Assembly: GCA_903842505.1 (NCBI GenBank)
Contig: CAIMMI010000283.1
Span: forward strand, 2,568 to 66,567
DNA: 64,000 nt
Reading direction: 5' to 3'
Origin: an uncultured Verrucomicrobiota bacterium
Lineage (GTDB): Bacteria; Verrucomicrobiota; Verrucomicrobiia; Limisphaerales; UBA9464
The stretch's first letter is position 1, and the number at the start of each line of letters is the position of its first letter. The notes under the pieces are model-generated. The model saw only the letters and a program-made list of their open reading frames with translations. It ran no database searches and had not been told where the DNA came from. A program made the position numbers and the translations under genes. This document shows, one piece after another, positions 60,755 to 64,000 of the stretch.

Positions 60755-62013
60755 GGGATCAGGAGGTCGGCACGATCCGGGTGGATCCAGGAAGGCATGC
60801 CGCCGATCCACGTGGCGGACGCAGAGCCCTGGTGGTGGACGATCGCGTCCGTGATATCGTCCTCCGAGGCATGGCACGGAATGACGCAGAGGTCAGCGAG
60901 CAAGCCGGGTTGGAGGGATCCGATTTCGTGTTCGAGTCCGAGGGCCCGAGCCCCGTTGACGGTGGCGCGGCGGAGGATCTCGGTGGAGTTGATGGTGGTG
61001 TCGTGGGCGGCGAGTCCGGCCATTTCGGCGAACATCGAGAGTTCGGTGGGGACGCCGGGTTGGACCCGGGTGCTGGCCAGCGAGTCCGTGCCGAGGCAGA
61101 GGTTGATACCGGCGGCGGCGAGGGCTTCGCCGGCGAACCGTTGGTGGCGGAAGTAGGCGTGGGAGCCTGGGCAGTGGACGACAGAGACGCCGTGCTGGGC
61201 CAGGATCCGGACGTCATCGTCCCAGAGGTAGTTCACGTGGACGGCGAGGAAATCAGGGCCGAGCAGGCCGTGGCGGGCGGCGTGCTGGATGGGTGATCCA
61301 AGGCCGCAGTCGGAGTCGGGGCGCTGGCTGTGCAGCCAGTCGTGCATGGGGCCGCGGCGGAACATGAACATCTCGAATTCCTCGCGGGATTCGGCGAGGT
61401 GGGTGGTCAGTCGCATGCCGCGGAGACGGGCTTCGCGGGCGGCGATGCTGAGGAGGGCTGGGACGGTGGAGTAGGGCGCGTGTGGAGAAAGTCCAACGGC
61501 GCCGGGATGGACGGGCAGTGCGTCGAGTGCCTGAATGGCTTCCTCGACGAGGACGGAAGGTTCCTTGCGGAGTCGGACGCCGGTGAGTTCGAGGAAGGAG
61601 TGGATTCGGAGGGGCGTGGAGGCGCGGAGGCTGGAGAGCGCGTGGGGAAGGGTCTCGATGTTGGCGACGGTGGTGGTTCCGTGGGTGAGCAGTTGTTGGG
61701 CTCCGCGTTGCCACGAACGGAAGAAGTCTTCATCGGACCACGAGGCCTTGGCGGCGAGGATGGCCTTGATCCAGTCGGGAAAGGAGCGGGGCGGGGCGAG
61801 TTGCCCAGCGAGGTCGGTGTAGTCGAGGTGGCAGTGGGCGTTGACGAGGCCTGGAAGCAGGATCGAGTCGCCCAGATCGATCAACTGGTCGGAGGCGGTT
61901 TGCGTCGAGTCCGACCAGGGTTCGACGGAGAGGATCCTGCCGTTGAGGATCCTGACGGCTCCATCGGAGAGGGGTGGGGTGGCGACCGGGACGACGTGCC
62001 GGGCGCGGAACAG
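60751..62013 (-). CDS. amidohydrolase-family deaminase-like protein (chlorohydrolase / aminofutalosine-deaminase-like)
   Basis: LLPGLVNAHCHLDYT is the HxH metal motif, with HLAES, VHCP and LGTDS also present. The first canonical start is TTG 61884. However, the frame is open and homologous-looking (ILFRARHVVPVATPPLSDGAVRILNGRILSVEPW) up to about 62034, with only CTG 62013 and ATC 62016/62034 as candidate starts. The 5' end is therefore uncertain. Confidence 0.75.
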   Translation of the reverse strand: MFRARHVVPVATPPLSDGAVRILNGRILSVEPWSDSTQTASDQLIDLGDSILLPGLVNAHCHLDYTDLAGQLAPPRSFPDWIKAILAAKASWSDEDFFRSWQRGAQQLLTHGTTTVANIETLPHALSSLRASTPLRIHSFLELTGVRLRKEPSVLVEEAIQALDALPVHPGAVGLSPHAPYSTVPALLSIAAREARLRGMRLTTHLAESREEFEMFMFRRGPMHDWLHSQRPDSDCGLGSPIQHAARHGLLGPDFLAVHVNYLWDDDVRILAQHGVSVVHCPGSHAYFRHQRFAGEALAAAGINLCLGTDSLASTRVQPGVPTELSMFAEMAGLAAHDTTINSTEILRRATVNGARALGLEHEIGSLQPGLLADLCVIPCHASEDDITDAIVHHQGSASATWIGGMPSWIHPDRADLLIP

Positions 62014-62032
62014 GATTGGGCGAAGGAGATTG

Positions 62033-62062
62033 ATAGAAAGAAGGCGGGCCTTTGGGCCCGCC
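62033..62062 (-). terminator. probable intrinsic terminator after hpf (minus strand)
   Basis: Perfect 8-bp GC stem ggcgggcc-tttg-ggcccgcc (62043-62062), followed on the minus strand by ttctttct. It lies 32 nt after the hpf stop. Confidence 0.65.
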
Positions 62063-62093
62063 TGGCAGGACGTTGGTTTTCGGAGTGGCCAGT

Positions 62094-62462
62094 TCAGCTG
62101 GCGCGCCGCGTTTCCTTGGTGCGGGCGGCTTCCTTGGTGCGGGCCGCGACCTTGTGGGTGCGGGACTTGGCCTTGTTGTGTTTGCGGCGGATCTGGCCTT
62201 CGAGCTTCTTGGTGGTCGAGTCGATGGCGGCGTAGAGGTCGGAATTGCGATCCTCGGCGTAGAGGTCATTGCCACGGACCCCGATGCGGATCCCGCACTT
62301 GAACTGCTTTTCGGGGGAGTGGGCCGTGTGATCCTTTTCGAGGGTGACCCGGGCATCCAGGAGCCAGCGGTCGATGTGATCGAGTTTTTCGAGCCGCTCG
62401 AGTACGTGCTGCTCGATGGCATCGGTCAGCGTGACGTTGTGGGTCGACAGGATAAACTTCAT
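62094..62462 (-). CDS. hpf: ribosome hibernation-promoting factor (short HPF/YfiA type)
   Basis: MKFILSTHNVTLTDAIEQHVLERLEKL...LYAAIDSTTKKLEGQIRRKH is the HPF/RaiA pattern. The start is at ATG 62462. Confidence 0.9.
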   Translation of the reverse strand: MKFILSTHNVTLTDAIEQHVLERLEKLDHIDRWLLDARVTLEKDHTAHSPEKQFKCGIRIGVRGNDLYAEDRNSDLYAAIDSTTKKLEGQIRRKHNKAKSRTHKVAARTKEAARTKETRRAS

Positions 62463-62610
62463 GGCTGAGACGAAAGTGCTTTCGGAACGGGCGCATTTCA
62501 ATCCGCCAATTGGCCTTGGTGAAAACGGAGTTGCCGTGACGGCTGAAAATGCCACTTGCGACACGGTGGATGCGACAGCATAAATCCGCCGTCAATTTTG
62601 ACTCGCGCCT

Positions 62611-62841
62611 ATGGCTGATCTGGCAAACCGGTATTCTCAAAACTTCGCTGGCAAGTACTTCGTCGACAATCAATGCATTGATTGTGACCTGTGCCGCGAA
62701 ACCGCCCCGAAAAATTTCACCCGCTTTGACGACGGCGGCTACTCCTACGTCTTCAAGCAGCCGGAGTCTCCGGAAGAGGAGACACTCTGCAAGGAAGCCA
62801 TGGAGGGCTGTCCTGTGGAGGCGATCGGCAACAATGGCTGA
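62611..62841 (+). CDS. small ferredoxin (single [4Fe-4S]/[3Fe-4S] type)
   Basis: 76 aa. CIDCDLC...CP cysteine pattern (DNQCIDCDLCRETAP ... EGCPVEAI). Confidence 0.85.
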   Translation: MADLANRYSQNFAGKYFVDNQCIDCDLCRETAPKNFTRFDDGGYSYVFKQPESPEEETLCKEAMEGCPVEAIGNNG

Positions 62842-62909
62842 TCGCTCGGGATCCATCTGAACCTCGGTCTGTCCGGATTCGGATCTGGATTGACGCGGGT
62901 TCGGGTCAG

Positions 62910-62939
62910 GGGAGGCCGCCGGGCAACCGGTCGCCTCCC
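62910..62939 (+). terminator. possible intrinsic terminator after the ferredoxin gene
   Basis: Stem gggaggc...gcctccc with inner ccgg/ccgg pairs and a gcaa loop, followed by ttgtgctttcc. Confidence 0.45.
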
Positions 62940-62956
62940 TTGTGCTTTCCGGGGTG

Positions 62957-64000
62957 CTACTTTCCGAGGCAGAACGAGCTGAAGATCCGGTCGAGCAGGT
63001 CTTCGGTCGTGGTCTTTCCAACGACCTCGCCAACGGCTGCGACCGCGATGCGGAGGTCGAGTGCGACCAGATCCAGGCTGACGCCCTGTTCGAGGGCGGC
63101 GCGAGCTCGGTGAGTGGCTTCCAGCGTGCGTCGGAGCGCGTCCTGATGCCGGGAGTTGATGGCGATGGCGGCGGACTCAGACGTCGGATTGCCTTCGAGG
63201 AGCCGTGCGTGGAGGGCTGCCCTCAGGGCATCGAATCCTTCGCCGGTCCGGCAGCTGATCCGGACCGTGGGTTGGTCTGGAGCCTGGTGCCAGGCTGGGT
63301 CTTGCGGCAGGTCACACTTGTTCCCTACGTGGAGGCTTCGACGGGAACCTTGCCCCGCGTCGAAGGCGGATGGGCCTTGAATGGGTGGCGCAGAGAGATC
63401 GGACAGTTCGAGCACGAGGTCCGCCCGACGGGCGGCGTCGTGACTGCGGCGGATGCCCTCGGCCTCGACGGGATCGGATGAATCACGGAGGCCGGCGGTG
63501 TCGACAAAGACGACAGGAATGCCATGGATGCTGGCGGTTTCCTCGATGGTGTCGCGGGTGGTTCCGGCGATCGGGGAAACGATGGCACGATCCTGACCGA
63601 GGAGCAGGTTGAGGAGGCTGGACTTACCGGCATTCGGGAGGCCCACGAGAGCGACGCGGGCACCGGAACGGAGCAGGTGTCCTTCGTGCGCGGTATCGAG
63701 AAGACGCTGGCAATGCTGGCTTGCCCGGGTGAGGCGATCGAGGAGGGCTGTGGATGTGTCCGGATGGATGTCCTCGTCGGGGAAGTCCAGGTGGGCCTCC
63801 ACGTGGGCGAGGACATGCATGAGATCATCGCGGAGTGGATCGATCTCCCGCGAGAGGCGGCCGGCTAGCTGGGCTGAGGCGGCGCTGGAGGCCAGTTCGG
63901 TGCGGGCGTGGATGAGATCAGCAACGGCCTCGGCCTGGGTGAGGTCGATTCGGCCGTTGAGAAATGCGCGCCGCGTGAATTCGCCGGGTTCGGAATGCCT
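62957..64000 (-). CDS. mnmE: tRNA modification GTPase MnmE (C-terminal ~347 codons; the N-terminus lies beyond the window end)
   Basis: GEFTRRAFLNGRIDLTQAEAVADLI, G1 GLPNAGKSSLLN, DTAG and the C-terminal FCLGK. The frame is open to position 64000. Confidence 0.9.
   Translation of the reverse strand, partial: RHSEPGEFTRRAFLNGRIDLTQAEAVADLIHARTELASSAASAQLAGRLSREIDPLRDDLMHVLAHVEAHLDFPDEDIHPDTSTALLDRLTRASQHCQRLLDTAHEGHLLRSGARVALVGLPNAGKSSLLNLLLGQDRAIVSPIAGTTRDTIEETASIHGIPVVFVDTAGLRDSSDPVEAEGIRRSHDAARRADLVLELSDLSAPPIQGPSAFDAGQGSRRSLHVGNKCDLPQDPAWHQAPDQPTVRISCRTGEGFDALRAALHARLLEGNPTSESAAIAINSRHQDALRRTLEATHRARAALEQGVSLDLVALDLRIAVAAVGEVVGKTTTEDLLDRIFSSFCLGK

Noticed and set aside
1-64000. Prophage, integrative element or transposon content
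   Set aside because: I recognised no integrase, transposase, recombinase, phage structural or conjugation genes. The only mobile-looking items are small non-autonomous repeats and the vapBC pair.

Overview
GC-rich chromosomal segment, roughly 60-65% GC by eye. It most likely comes from a Verrucomicrobiota (PVC superphylum) bacterium. The lineage call rests on a prepilin-like H-X9-DG protein, an Amuc_1100-type pilus-like operon, and large secreted proteins with thrombospondin-type-3-like Asp repeats.

About 50 protein genes are supported, and most are housekeeping: TatD-family hydrolase, lipA, rho, glnD, dus, chrA, a SulP transporter, hisH, rlmN, rex, two-subunit class I fumarate hydratase, nadD, cstA, purC, coaE, pyrE, rpe, mfd, hpf, ferredoxin and mnmE.

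I saw no rRNA, tRNA, CRISPR array, transposase or integrase.

The stand-out region is 33.3-46.6 kb. It is a co-directional operon in four parts: a PilM-PilN fusion, an Amuc_1100-family protein, an Amuc_1099-like protein, and a secretin carrying an (M-G3-4)11 glycine-rich insert. No pilin, ATPase or platform gene accompanies it. Three large signal-peptide proteins of unknown function follow directly. Two of them, plus an IPT/TIG-repeat protein 6 kb away, share a ~65-aa C-terminal domain.

The second notable layer is non-coding. A mosaic family of short periodic repeats (GTTTCAAG, GAGTAC, GCCAGTT and CGCGGAG/CTCTGCG units, plus a ~62-nt core GTGGGGCGAGTGTCCTCACGAGCC...) populates at least nine intergenic regions. 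It includes a 173-bp long-inverted-repeat element and a tandem pair of 58-bp palindromic units next to a vapBC toxin-antitoxin pair.

All calls were made by eye from the sequence and the ORF track. No database search or computation was run. Many start codons are uncertain because long shadow ORFs are common at this GC content.
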